NCBI GenBank assembly: GCA_945871805.1
Contig: CAMBXE010000002.1
Coordinates: forward strand, 3,632-67,631
Source of the DNA: Rhizobium sp. Q54
Lineage (GTDB): Bacteria > Pseudomonadota > Alphaproteobacteria > Rickettsiales > UBA1997
Reading direction: 5' to 3'
DNA length: 64,000 bases
The notes beneath the pieces are model-generated. The model was not told the DNA's origin and made no database searches. It was given only the letters and a program-made list of their open reading frames with translations. The position numbers were made by a program, and so were the translations under genes. This document shows positions 21,201 to 31,003 of this stretch, piece after piece. Positions within the stretch are counted from its first letter, which is position 1. Every line of letters begins with the position of its first letter.

Positions 21201-22148
21201 TATTTGGTGACTAATTACATTGCCAACGAGCGTCGTGGCGCTCCTTATTTTAATCGCAGAGCCAATCACATCATTAACAACATCGGCCGCACTTCTTTTG
21301 ATCTCGCAGGTTTCGTTCAGCTTTTCTTCTGCCGCATTCGGCACGGATCCGCTTGCATCATAGGCATGTGCGACTCCATTCATTTTAAGTGGATGAGTTG
21401 CGTTCTCGCCGATCACCATCGGATGTTTGCTCAGAGCAATAATTTGAGCGTGAGGATATTCCTCTTTCAGCTCGTCATGCAGGCATGACAGATGGGCATC
21501 GCCGAACATTATTATTTCGACATCGCAATTTTCTTTTTGGTGTGCGGCGGCGATTTGCGGTAAAATTATTTGCTGATGAACATCGCCCATCATCATCGGA
21601 TGAGAATATTGAGCGAGAGTGATGTCGAGAGCTTTGAGTCTGTCGAAATCAAATTTCGCGCCATCTTCCGTTAGGGCTTTGTTAATCAATTCAGATTGCT
21701 CCGGACGCGCTTCCGTTAATTTTTTTGGCGTCTGTCCAGCCAAGGTTCCAAGTGCAAAACTTTCTGCGATGTATTCTTTAATCCCGGCATCGACGACTCC
21801 GCCATTCTTGAGCTGTTGATGCATTATTTCTCCCGGAGTTTTTCCGGAACTTCTCCATTCCTCAATTTTGCTTTTGGTGAATTCATCTCTGCCGACGCAG
21901 ACGTGAGTAGTTTTTTCATCAACTTCGGCGCAGGTTTTTAAAACATCTTCGTCAAAAACATCTTCCCGATCGGTAAAATCTAATCTGCCAAATTTTTTAT
22001 TTTTTTGCTGATCGAACTCAGACAAAACGCGAACGCTTAACTCTTTATCCGCGCAGTCTTGAATGAGGTTGGCGATCAGTTTTGTGGTCGCAAAACTTAA
22101 GTGATCATCGCCAACCAAGATCACTAATTTTGTTCGCGATCCGGGCAT
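21159..22148 (-). CDS. hypothetical protein with two G-D-x-H-L-S motifs (possibly Tiki/TraB/ChaN-like); the C-terminal tail is repeat-encoded
   Basis: The ATG at 22148 (MPGSRTKLVILVGDDHLS) is preferred to the TTG at 22175. A second motif, IIMFGDAHLS, occurs later. The last 12 codons (GLPRRYAPRNDG) and the stop lie inside the PAL-C arm. Confidence 0.45.
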   Translation of the reverse strand: MPGSRTKLVILVGDDHLSFATTKLIANLIQDCADKELSVRVLSEFDQQKNKKFGRLDFTDREDVFDEDVLKTCAEVDEKTTHVCVGRDEFTKSKIEEWRSSGKTPGEIMHQQLKNGGVVDAGIKEYIAESFALGTLAGQTPKKLTEARPEQSELINKALTEDGAKFDFDRLKALDITLAQYSHPMMMGDVHQQIILPQIAAAHQKENCDVEIIMFGDAHLSCLHDELKEEYPHAQIIALSKHPMVIGENATHPLKMNGVAHAYDASGSVPNAAEEKLNETCEIKRSAADVVNDVIGSAIKIRSATTLVGNVISHQISGLPRRYAPRNDG

Positions 22149-22152
22149 GAGA

Positions 22153-23439
22153 TTAGAGTGAATTAATCGCCTCAAAAGCGACGCTCAAATCCGCAATCAA
22201 ATCAGCAGGATTTTCTAAGCCGATTGATACGCGCACTAAGCCTTCCGAGACCCCGAGCTCTTCACGTAGATCAAAAGCAATTCCAGAATGTGTAGTCGAA
22301 GCGGGATGACAAACTAGAGATTCCGTTCCACCCAAACTCACCGCAGATTTAAAAATTTGTAACGCGTTGATGAAGGCGAAAGCCTCTTTTCTTCCGCCAT
22401 TTAACGTGAAAGCAAAAGTGCTGCCAAAGCCGGTGCATTGTTTGGCCATGGCCTCTTGATAAGATTTATTTTCGATAAATTTCGGGTGGAAAATTTTGGT
22501 TTGTGGGAAGGTTTTTTTCATCCAGTCAGCAACTTCTTCCGCTGATTTTGTCGCGCGCTCCATGCGCAAAAATAATGTTTCGAGTGAGCGACCAATCATC
22601 CAAGAAGAATGCGGATCTAAGTGCGATCCAAAAGCGCTGCGGGTGCGGCGAATTTTTTCCATTGGGGCTTTTTTACCAATCACTGCTCCAGCCACTAAAT
22701 CACTGTGTCCACCGACATATTTAGTGAGAGAGTAGCAAGATAAATCAATTCCGTGTTGCAGTGGTTTTTGAAAAACTGGCCCGAGCAAGGTGTTATCGCA
22801 GATGCTGATGGGTCTGTATCCATACTGACTTTCGAATTTATCGAGAGCGCTTTTTACCTTCGCAAAATCGACGAAAGCATTGGTTGGATTGCAAGGTGTC
22901 TCGATAAATAAAATACCGACGCGACCAATTCTGGCGCCTTTCGCCAAGCCTTCCCAGATTGATGCTTGATCGAGACCATTTCTGAACTCTACCGATTGAA
23001 TGCCCCATGTTTTTAAGGCGCCGCGAATAAGCGTTTCAGTGCCGCCGTAAAGTGGCGAAGAATGCACGATCACATCCGAAGGCTTAAGCAAAGCCAGGAA
23101 AGCTGTAGAGATCGCGGCCATGCCACTGGCGAAGATGTTACAACTTTCACCACCCTCTAAAAGGGCGATGCGATTTTCGATAATTTCTAAATTTGGGTGA
23201 TTGAAGCGACTATAAATCAAACCGCCAGAATAGCCTTCCGGCATCGTTTTACGACCCGATGTTACATCAAAAAATTCCGCACCTTCTTCGGCGGTTTTAA
23301 AGGCAAAAGTTGAGGTCAAAAAAACTGGAGGCTTCACCGCTCCTTCAGACAAGAAGGGATCGTAGCCAAAAGACATCATCTGTGTTTCTGGATGAATTTG
23401 ATGTTTATTGATGTGTGTTTTTTTGTAATTACTGCTCAT
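22153..23439 (-). CDS. Cys/Met-metabolism PLP-dependent enzyme (cystathionine beta-lyase / gamma-synthase family)
   Basis: 428 aa with the PLP-lysine block YSLTKYVGGHSDLVAGAV and the SPLYGGT motif. The exact specificity cannot be decided from the sequence. Confidence 0.8.
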   Translation of the reverse strand: MSSNYKKTHINKHQIHPETQMMSFGYDPFLSEGAVKPPVFLTSTFAFKTAEEGAEFFDVTSGRKTMPEGYSGGLIYSRFNHPNLEIIENRIALLEGGESCNIFASGMAAISTAFLALLKPSDVIVHSSPLYGGTETLIRGALKTWGIQSVEFRNGLDQASIWEGLAKGARIGRVGILFIETPCNPTNAFVDFAKVKSALDKFESQYGYRPISICDNTLLGPVFQKPLQHGIDLSCYSLTKYVGGHSDLVAGAVIGKKAPMEKIRRTRSAFGSHLDPHSSWMIGRSLETLFLRMERATKSAEEVADWMKKTFPQTKIFHPKFIENKSYQEAMAKQCTGFGSTFAFTLNGGRKEAFAFINALQIFKSAVSLGGTESLVCHPASTTHSGIAFDLREELGVSEGLVRVSIGLENPADLIADLSVAFEAINSL

Positions 23440-23441
23440 GG

Positions 23442-24206
23442 TTATTTTGTTAATTTTAGGGATTCTTCTTGCGCAAAATTCATGCGTTTTTCTGCGGCAA
23501 TTTTAATCATTTCCACTTCTTGCGCACTGGCATTTTTAGCGACGTAAAGAGGCTTGCTATCGAAATAAAAACAGAGGGTTCCAAAAGGTAGAGGAATTTG
23601 AAATTTGTCCCAAGTGTTGAGTTGTTTGAAGCGCGAGCAAGAATAAGACATCGCCAAAATTCCAGCGCCGGAGATGCGCGCAATATTAACTATTTCTCCA
23701 TTAATTTTTTGATTAGGGCCGCGCGGACCGTCGGGGGTAAGGCCAAGTGAGTAGCCATTCTTCAGGCCATCAAAAATTTTTCTAAAACTTTTAAGATCAA
23801 TTCCCCGCGAAGATTTTCGTCCGCCTTGGGATGATCCGTAAATAGAAATCAGGCCAAGTCTTTCCATAATTCTGCCAACAAAATATCCGTCTCCATGACG
23901 TGAAGCGAGGGTCATGACATTATATTTTGAAAAAAGTTTTTTTGGTTCTCGAGTAGCAAAAGGAACCATCATCAAGCGATTATGCCAAAAAGTAATAATG
24001 AGTGGAGTCTTGTTTCTCGCGGCCTCGAAGATGATTTCACGATTAACAAAAATCTTTTTACTACTTGCGTAAACCAGCTTCATATAGATCGAAATGATCG
24101 AGCAGATCAGCTCGCGCACTAAGAAGCTGTAAGCAATTTTGCGAGTCAGCTGTTTGAATTTTGTTTTAATGTCGTACCACTCGACGTCTCGCCATTTTTT
24201 CTTCAT
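23442..24206 (-). CDS. DUF374 lysophospholipid-acyltransferase-like protein
   Basis: 254 aa with FWHNRL, ASRHGDG and LTPDGPRGP blocks typical of DUF374. Confidence 0.7.
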   Translation of the reverse strand: MKKKWRDVEWYDIKTKFKQLTRKIAYSFLVRELICSIISIYMKLVYASSKKIFVNREIIFEAARNKTPLIITFWHNRLMMVPFATREPKKLFSKYNVMTLASRHGDGYFVGRIMERLGLISIYGSSQGGRKSSRGIDLKSFRKIFDGLKNGYSLGLTPDGPRGPNQKINGEIVNIARISGAGILAMSYSCSRFKQLNTWDKFQIPLPFGTLCFYFDSKPLYVAKNASAQEVEMIKIAAEKRMNFAQEESLKLTK

Positions 24207-25060
24207 TTGAGGAATTTTTCTAATGCCAACATATCTTGCCAGGCGACCCTTTTCTTTGAAGGTTGGCGCATCAGGTAAGAAGGATGAAAAATTGTAAAAG
24301 TTTTAATCGTGCGCGACAAAAATTTTGGCGAGAAATCGATGAATTGTCCGCGCACTTTTCCGATCGGATCATTAACCCCAAGCACTGCGCTCATTGATGT
24401 GGCGCCGACTAAAAGTAAAACATCGGGATTAATTAATTGAATATGTCGCTCAACAAACGGGCGGCAGATCGCTAGCTCCTCATCAGTCGGGCGGCGGTTT
24501 CCCGGCGGGCGCCAGAAGATAACGTTGGTGATGTAGAAACTTTCTGCGCGCGTCAGATTGATGGCGCCAAGCATGTCGTTTAACATCTGACCAGAATCTC
24601 CACAAAATGGAATGCCTTGCAAATCCTCGTGATTACCGGGCGCTTCGCCGATCACCATTACTTTTGAATTCGGATTGCCGTCAGCAAAAACAGTATTCGT
24701 CGCCATTTTTTTCAAATTACAGCCGTCGAAATTTTCTACTGCTTTGCGCAATGCGTCGATAGTTTTTGCCGCCTGCGCCAGTGATTTTGCCTTGGCGACA
24801 ATTTCATTTAGCGATTCGAATTTCGAATTTGGTTCTGGAGTCACAAATTTTTTTGCTAGAGTTGAGAGGGCTTGATCCGTTGAGAATTGTGGCTTGATGA
24901 AGTTGTTAACACTCGGTGATTTTTTTTCTTCAGCAACTTTTTTTACCACTGATTTTTGTAGAAAATGCCGAAAATGATTTTGCGATTTTTCAGAAATTAC
25001 TTCGTTCAGATCGTTATCGACGTAGAATTGCAGAGCTTCTGTGAGAGATTTTTTAGTCAT
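24203..25060 (-). CDS. uracil-DNA glycosylase, family 4, with an N-terminal extension
   Basis: The block GEAPGNHEDLQGIPFCGDSGQMLNDML is the family-4 UDG motif, and HPSYLMRQP lies near the C-terminus. Confidence 0.85.
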   Translation of the reverse strand: MTKKSLTEALQFYVDNDLNEVISEKSQNHFRHFLQKSVVKKVAEEKKSPSVNNFIKPQFSTDQALSTLAKKFVTPEPNSKFESLNEIVAKAKSLAQAAKTIDALRKAVENFDGCNLKKMATNTVFADGNPNSKVMVIGEAPGNHEDLQGIPFCGDSGQMLNDMLGAINLTRAESFYITNVIFWRPPGNRRPTDEELAICRPFVERHIQLINPDVLLLVGATSMSAVLGVNDPIGKVRGQFIDFSPKFLSRTIKTFTIFHPSYLMRQPSKKRVAWQDMLALEKFLK

Positions 25061-25351
25061 TACTCTTGATTCAGTTTATTAAGTGGGCCCCGCAACAAGT
25101 GCGGGGTGACAGCCCGGGAGTGAGAACTAAAAAATATCGCCTCGTGTCCCAGTCGTTACTCTTGATTCAGTTTATTTAAGTGGGCCCCGCAACAAGTGCG
25201 TGGTGAAGGCCCGGGAGTGAGAACTAAAAAATATCGCCTCGTATCCCGGTCATTATTCTTGATTCGGTTTGTTAAATGAGCCTAGCAACAAGTGCAGAGT
25301 AACAAATTGAGGGTCGCTCCAGAGGTGTCACCCCGCACTTGTTGCGGGGTC
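25056..25351. repeat. ~97-bp tandem repeat (2 full units plus 1 decayed unit) containing PAL-A units, closed by an inverted PAL-A unit
   Basis: The units start at 25056, 25152 and 25249 (gtcattactcttgattcagtttatt..gggccccgcaacaagtgcggggtgac..gagaactaaaaaatatcgcctcgt). Unit 1 includes the UDG start codon. The inverted unit is at 25327-25351. Confidence 0.85.
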
Positions 25352-25364
25352 TATTTCAACATTA

Positions 25365-25814
25365 TTACCTCACCACCTGTTTGATAAATTTTTGAAAATC
25401 TTCTGCCTTCTCAAAATTTTTATAAACCGAAGCGAAGCGCACAAAGGCTACTTTGTCGAGCTTCTCAAGGGAGATCATCACCATCTCGCCGATTCTCGCT
25501 GAAGGAATTTCTGTCTCATTTTCAACCTCGAGTTGGCGCACAATATTATTTACCAACTTATCGACTTGCAGCTCTGCCACCGATCTCTTACGCACCGCCA
25601 TCTCGATTGATTTTTTTAACTTCTCCGGATCAAAAACTTTCTTCTCTCCACTTTTTTTAATCACCAAAATCTCGCGCAACTGAACGCGCTCATAAGTTGT
25701 AAAGCGCGAATCACACGCCGCACAATAGCGCCGACGCTTGATCGCTTCGCCATCGTCGGAGATGCGACTGTCTTTAACTTGGGTCTCGAGATTATTACAA
25801 AATGAACAGCGCAT
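25365..25814 (-). CDS. nrdR: transcriptional repressor NrdR
   Basis: Start moved to the ATG at 25814 (MRCSFCNNLETQVKDSRISDDGEAIKRRRYCAACDSRFTTYE). This is the zinc ribbon, and an ATP-cone follows. Confidence 0.9.
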   Translation of the reverse strand: MRCSFCNNLETQVKDSRISDDGEAIKRRRYCAACDSRFTTYERVQLREILVIKKSGEKKVFDPEKLKKSIEMAVRKRSVAELQVDKLVNNIVRQLEVENETEIPSARIGEMVMISLEKLDKVAFVRFASVYKNFEKAEDFQKFIKQVVR

Positions 25815-25830
25815 GATTAAAATTAAAAAA

Positions 25831-26388
25831 TTAACTCGGCAGATTTTTGATAAAATCATACGTCTTTTCTAAGTCGGAAAGAGAAGGATTGTTGTCTGTA
25901 TAATTTGAAAGATAAGAGACTGGATCTTTCATAGACTCGTGACCGTCAATTTCATGCACTAGCATATTTCTTGCCTCAAGACCGATTCTTTTTTTGGCAA
26001 CTTTCCATTTTGAAAAATGATCTAAAAAAAATATGTAAGGCTGACATTCGTTCATAGAATTTTTTTCGAAGAAATGATCTAAACTATCTTCATGCTTCGA
26101 GAAAAATTTATGCCACACCTCGCCGGCATTTTTACATTCTTCCCCAGTCTTTTTTTTCGCCATTTTTTCTATTAACAAATGAGCCAAAAGGATTCGTGGA
26201 TCTATCTTCGGTAACTGATCAATTTTCTCTGCAAAACTTTTTTCTTCGCTATTAATCAGGTTAGCTATTCGAACACGTTCTTCTGAGAGCGCCGAGATCC
26301 TTTGTGAGTAAGGTCGCAGGGCCTCAAAGCTTTGCATCATGGGCGACAACTTCTGCGCTAAGTCTGCGTAGTTTATTATTTTTTTCAT
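25831..26388 (-). CDS. hypothetical protein (185 aa)
   Basis: Intact ORF with an ATG start, lying between prfB and nrdR. I recognise no motif. Confidence 0.4.
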   Translation of the reverse strand: MKKIINYADLAQKLSPMMQSFEALRPYSQRISALSEERVRIANLINSEEKSFAEKIDQLPKIDPRILLAHLLIEKMAKKKTGEECKNAGEVWHKFFSKHEDSLDHFFEKNSMNECQPYIFFLDHFSKWKVAKKRIGLEARNMLVHEIDGHESMKDPVSYLSNYTDNNPSLSDLEKTYDFIKNLPS

Positions 26389-26397
26389 TACGGCGGA

Positions 26398-27493
26398 TTA
26401 CATTTTTTCAGTTAGGGCAGCCTTGATGAAGGCTTCAATTTCTCCATCCAAAACTGACTGAATATTTCCAGTTTCGAAATCGGTGCGAAGATCTTTTACC
26501 ATTTGATAGGGATGCAAGACGTAAGAGCGGATTTGGTGGCCCCAGCTATTGTCGGTCTTGCTTGATTCTGATGCGGCCAACGCCTCTTTTTTCTTCCGAA
26601 CTTCTAATTCGTAAAGGCGAGATTTTAGCATTTTCATGCATTCGATGCGATTACGAAGTTGGGAGCGATCACTTTGACATTGCACGACAATGTTGGTCGG
26701 CAAGTGCGTCATGCGCACGGCAGAATCGGTTTTATTAACGTGCTGTCCGCCAGCGCCGGAAGCGCGGAAGGTATCGACGCGCAAATCTTTTTCGTCGATG
26801 GTAATTTCGATTTCGTCGTCAAGTTCGGGATAGACCCAAACCGAAGCGAAACTGGTTTGACGTTTGTCGTTGGCGTTAAATGGCGAGATGCGAACAAGCC
26901 TGTGTACGCCTGATTCTGTGCGCATCCAGCCGCAAGCAAATTTGCCGGAAATTTTAAGAGTTGCGGAGCGAACTCCCGCTTCTTCTCCGTCTAAAATATT
27001 AACAATTTCTACCTTAAATTTTTTGATTACAGCGAAGCGTTCGTACATGCGCAGAAGCATTAAAGCGAAATCGCAAGAGTCTGTTCCACCTGCGCCAGCA
27101 TTGATGTCGAGGAAGCAGTTATTCGAGTCATTTTCGCCAGAAAAAAGACATTCGATCTCAAAATTATCGGCAGCTTTTTTGAGCGAGGTTAAAGTTTTTT
27201 CGATGTCGGCAATGAGTTGCGCATCAGCTTCAGATTTGGCTAACTCAAAATATTCGCGATTATCTTTTAGGCCGCTTTGCAACTCAGCGACCTGCTCTAA
27301 CTTTCCTTCGAGCAGAGATTTTTCTTTGAGAATTTTTTGCGCTTCTTGGTTGTTATTCCAGAGGTTGGGATCTTCAGATTTCTGATTTAATTCGACTAAT
27401 CTTGCTGATAATTTTTCCGGTTCAAAGACACCTCTCAACGAGGTTTAATGAGGTCTCGATGGCACTAAAAAGACTTTCGATTTCTGCGGACAT
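26398..27493 (-). CDS. prfB: peptide chain release factor 2, expressed through a programmed +1 frameshift
   Basis: Frame 0 encodes MSAEIESLFSAIETSLNLVERCL followed by TGA. The +1 frame continues EPEKLSARLVELNQ... and contains the SPF-type region and GGQ (ASGAGGQHVNKTDSAVR). Confidence 0.95.
27422..27427 (-). promoter_or_regulatory. prfB: prfB autoregulatory +1 frameshift site CTT TGA
   Basis: The minus strand reads gag agg tgt CTT TGA acc. It has an AGG-containing SD-like element a few nt upstream, as in the classical RF2 site. Confidence 0.9.
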
Positions 27494-27572
27494 AATTTTT
27501 GAATTAGGATTCTTGTAATTGCTCGGCACCTTACTAAATGAGCGGCCGTTTTTTCTCAACCAATCAAAAAAT

Positions 27573-29501
27573 ATGTCTAACAAAGTTATTGGTATCGATC
27601 TTGGTACTACAAATTCTTGCGTCTCAATCATGGAAGGCGGAAGTACTAAAGTAATCGAAAATGCTGAAGGTGCGCGCACTACTCCTTCGATTGTAGCCTT
27701 CCTCGCAAATGGAGAGAGAGCTGTCGGAGCCTCGGCAAAACGCCAAGCTGTTACAAATCCACAAAATACAATTTTTGGAATTAAACGTTTGATCGGACGT
27801 CGCAACGATGACGCGGCTACAGAAAAAGATCGCGGCTTAGTTCCTTACAAAATTGTTCCTTCAGCAAATGGTGATGCCTGGGTTGAAGTGAAAGGTGAAA
27901 AATATTCTCCGAGCCAAGTTTCGGCATTCATTTTGATGAAGATGAAAGAAACCGCGGAAAGCTATCTTGGCGAAAAAATTGAAAAAGCGGTGATCACAGT
28001 TCCGGCTTATTTCAATGACTCACAACGCCAAGCTACAAAAGACGCGGGCAAGATTGCTGGCCTCGATGTTTTGCGTATCATTAACGAACCGACTGCTGCG
28101 GCTCTTGCTTACGGCTTCGATAAAAAAATCAGCCAAACAATAGTTGTTTATGATTTAGGCGGCGGAACTTTTGATGTTTCGGCTCTTGAAATTAGCTCAG
28201 ACGGCGTTTTTGAAGTGAAATCAACCAATGGAGATACTTTCCTCGGCGGCGAAGATTTCGACATGCGCATTCAAGAATTTCTCACGAGCGAATTCAAAAA
28301 AGATACCGGCGTTGATTTGTCTAAAGATCCACTCGCTTTGCAACGTTTGAAAGAAGCGGCAGAAAAAGCAAAAATTGAACTTTCTTCAACTTTAGAAACC
28401 GACATCAATCTTCCTTACATCACGGCAGATGCTTCTGGCCCTAAGCATCTCAACGTTAAATTGACTCGCGCAAAACTTGAGCAATTGGTTGATGATCTAA
28501 TTCAGCGCACAATCAAACCATGCGAAAATGCCTTGCAAGACGCGGGTTTGAAGGCTTCTGACATTGACGAAGTTATTCTGGTTGGTGGCATGACGCGCAT
28601 GCCAAAAGTTATCGAAGTGGTGAAAAAACTTTTCGGTAAAGAGCCAAATAAATCAGTTAATCCTGATGAAGTTGTGGCGATTGGTGCGGCGATTCAAGGT
28701 GCGGTTTTACAAGGCGACGTGAAGGATGTTCTTCTTCTTGATGTCACCCCACTTTCACTTGGAATTGAAACGGCAGGTGGCGTTTTCACCCGCTTGATTG
28801 ATCGCAACACAACGATTCCAACAAATAAAAGTCAGGTCTTTTCAACTGCTGCTGACAGCCAAACCGCAGTTACAATTAAAGTTTTCCAAGGCGAACGCGA
28901 CATCGCGATCAACAATAAATTGCTTGGCGAATTTAATCTTGAAGGCATCGCGCCCGCTCCCCGCGGCATGCCACAAGTTGAAGTTAGTTTCGACATCGAC
29001 GCTAACGGCGTGGTGAAAGTTTCGGCAAAAGACAAGGCAACGAACAAAGAACAGCAAATCAGAATTCAATCTTCTGGCGGTTTGTCTGACGCAGAAATTA
29101 AGAAAATGATGCAAGATGCTGAAGCGAATGCGGTGTCCGATAAAATCAAAAAAGAATTTATCGAAGCCAAGAATCATGCGGATTCAGCGGTTTATGAAAC
29201 TGAAAAATCTTTACGCGAACATGGCGATAAAGTTGACGCAGAAACTAAATCGGCAATCGAAGCGGAAGTGCAAAAAGTTAAGGATTTAATGGCCAAAGAA
29301 GGCGCTTCGGCGGAAGAATTAAAATCTGCGACTGAGGGCTTGGTGCAAAATGCAATGAAACTTGGCGAGGCGATTTACAAATCTTCGCAAGCTGGAGCCG
29401 CCTCTGCAGAACCTGCGCCAGAATCAGCCAATTCTGAAAATGGTGAAAAGGTTGTCGATGCAGAATATGAAGAAGTTAAGAACGAGAAAAAAGATTCTTA
29501 A
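27573..29501 (+). CDS. dnaK: molecular chaperone DnaK (Hsp70)
   Basis: Start moved to the ATG at 27573 ([17 protein letters not shown]). Other Hsp70 signatures are DLGGGTFD and [11 protein letters not shown]. Confidence 0.95.
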   Translation: MSNKVIGIDLGTTNSCVSIMEGGSTKVIENAEGARTTPSIVAFLANGERAVGASAKRQAVTNPQNTIFGIKRLIGRRNDDAATEKDRGLVPYKIVPSANGDAWVEVKGEKYSPSQVSAFILMKMKETAESYLGEKIEKAVITVPAYFNDSQRQATKDAGKIAGLDVLRIINEPTAAALAYGFDKKISQTIVVYDLGGGTFDVSALEISSDGVFEVKSTNGDTFLGGEDFDMRIQEFLTSEFKKDTGVDLSKDPLALQRLKEAAEKAKIELSSTLETDINLPYITADASGPKHLNVKLTRAKLEQLVDDLIQRTIKPCENALQDAGLKASDIDEVILVGGMTRMPKVIEVVKKLFGKEPNKSVNPDEVVAIGAAIQGAVLQGDVKDVLLLDVTPLSLGIETAGGVFTRLIDRNTTIPTNKSQVFSTAADSQTAVTIKVFQGERDIAINNKLLGEFNLEGIAPAPRGMPQVEVSFDIDANGVVKVSAKDKATNKEQQIRIQSSGGLSDAEIKKMMQDAEANAVSDKIKKEFIEAKNHADSAVYETEKSLREHGDKVDAETKSAIEAEVQKVKDLMAKEGASAEELKSATEGLVQNAMKLGEAIYKSSQAGAASAEPAPESANSENGEKVVDAEYEEVKNEKKDS

Positions 29502-29632
29502 TGGAAAATTCTGCTGATTACTCGCAATTTGTTTTTGCGGCATATGGGCTCACCACGCTCATTCTTGCTGCATTGATGCTCATCGTCTTAAAAAGATATT
29601 TTGCCGCGAAAACAAAAAATGTTCAAAAATAA
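29501..29632 (+). CDS. ccmD: heme exporter protein CcmD (43 aa)
   Basis: Below the ORF-track size cut-off. Translation is [43 protein letters not shown], a single TM helix with the FV..AYG pattern. Its ATG shares one nt with the dnaK stop (taATG) and it lies directly upstream of ccmE. Confidence 0.7.
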   Translation: MENSADYSQFVFAAYGLTTLILAALMLIVLKRYFAAKTKNVQK

Positions 29633-30083
29633 ACAGAAAAGAAAACGCATAATTTTTGTCGGTTCGATCTTCGCCATTTCGCTGTTGGCGCTGCTTTTCG
29701 TCATTAAAAATTTCCGCGAAAATATTGTTTTTTTCTACTCGCCAAGCGAGCTAGCGCAAATTCCAAATAGGGCGCAAAAAATTAGAGTTGGTGGTTTGGT
29801 CAAAGAAGGATCGGTAAAAAAAATTGATGCGCTGAACACGGAATTTGTCATCACCGATTTGCGAAATGATCTGAAGATTTATTACCGCGGAATTTTACCT
29901 GACCTCTTTCGCGACAAGCAGGGCGTGGTTGCGAGTGGCATCATCAATGGAGATAATACCGAATTTATGACGCGTGAATTATTGATAAAACATGATGAAA
30001 AATACATGCCGCCGGAAGTGAAGCAAAGCCTCGTCCCGCAATCGTTGCGGGACCCAGATCTTAAAAATTCTTTAAAGAAATGA
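29619..30083 (+). CDS. ccmE: cytochrome c-type biogenesis heme chaperone CcmE
   Basis: Start moved to the ATG at 29619 (MFKNKQKRKRIIFVGSIFAISLL). Also has the RVGGLVKEGSV motif and the heme-binding region LIKHDEKYMPPEV. Confidence 0.9.
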   Translation: MFKNKQKRKRIIFVGSIFAISLLALLFVIKNFRENIVFFYSPSELAQIPNRAQKIRVGGLVKEGSVKKIDALNTEFVITDLRNDLKIYYRGILPDLFRDKQGVVASGIINGDNTEFMTRELLIKHDEKYMPPEVKQSLVPQSLRDPDLKNSLKK

Positions 30084-31003
30084 TCTCAAACTTTTTTTCC
30101 AAATCAAAATTGAGTGGCAATGTCGGAAAAATTTCCGCGGCATTAACGCAGATTTTTACGCATAAAAAGCTAGATGATGAGATGCTTGAGCAGCTAGAAG
30201 ATACGCTGCTTTTGAGCGATATGGGTAGTGAGATTACTAGTGAAATAATTGCTCATTTGCGCGCACAAAAATTCTCTAAAACTATTGATGAAGCAGAGGT
30301 TAAAGATTTTCTCGCGGCGGAAATTATTAAAATTCTAAAGCCTTGCGAGAAGCCTCTGGCGTTGAGTGAATCAACGAAGCCGCAAGTTGTAATTTTCAAT
30401 GGAGTTAACGGCGCAGGCAAAACAACAACGATCGCAAAAGTCGCGGCGAACTTAAAAAATCAAAATAAGAAAATTTTAATCGCCGCCTGCGACACCTTCA
30501 GAGCGGCGGCTGCAGAGCAATTAGAAATTTGGGCAAAAAAAGTCGGCTGCGAAATTATCATGCCGCAAAAAGAAGGAGAAGATCCTGCTTCGGTTGCTTA
30601 CCGTGCCTTTGATTTTGCACAAAAAAACAATTATGAAGTTCTGCTGATCGACACCGCGGGGCGTTTACAAAATAAACAAAATTTGATGGATGAGCTCAAA
30701 AAAATTAACACGGTTTTAAAGAAAATTGATGCATCAGCGCCGCATGAAAATTTATTAATTCTTGATGCGACAATTGGTCAAAATGCCAAAGTGCAAATGG
30801 AAGTTTTTGATCAGATCGTGGGCATCACCGGACTAATAATTACTAAGCTCGACGGTAGTGCAAAAGGTGGAATAGTTGTGAGTATCGCCAAGAAATTTGC
30901 GAAACCAATTTACGCGATCGGCGTTGGTGAAAAATCAGAAGATTTACAAGAATTTGACGCCGAAATATTTGCGCGATCACTTCTCAATATGCTGAAAAAA
31001 TAA
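30080..31003 (+). CDS. ftsY: signal recognition particle receptor FtsY
   Basis: 307 aa with SRP-GTPase motifs GVNGAGKTTTIAK, DTAGRLQNK and TKLDGSAKGG. Confidence 0.95.
   Translation: MISNFFSKSKLSGNVGKISAALTQIFTHKKLDDEMLEQLEDTLLLSDMGSEITSEIIAHLRAQKFSKTIDEAEVKDFLAAEIIKILKPCEKPLALSESTKPQVVIFNGVNGAGKTTTIAKVAANLKNQNKKILIAACDTFRAAAAEQLEIWAKKVGCEIIMPQKEGEDPASVAYRAFDFAQKNNYEVLLIDTAGRLQNKQNLMDELKKINTVLKKIDASAPHENLLILDATIGQNAKVQMEVFDQIVGITGLIITKLDGSAKGGIVVSIAKKFAKPIYAIGVGEKSEDLQEFDAEIFARSLLNMLKK

Noticed and set aside
26864..27385. 173-aa ORF antisense to prfB
   Set aside because: It is the opposite strand of a highly conserved gene. No motifs are present, and the composition is Ser/Ala/Leu-rich as expected for an antisense translation.
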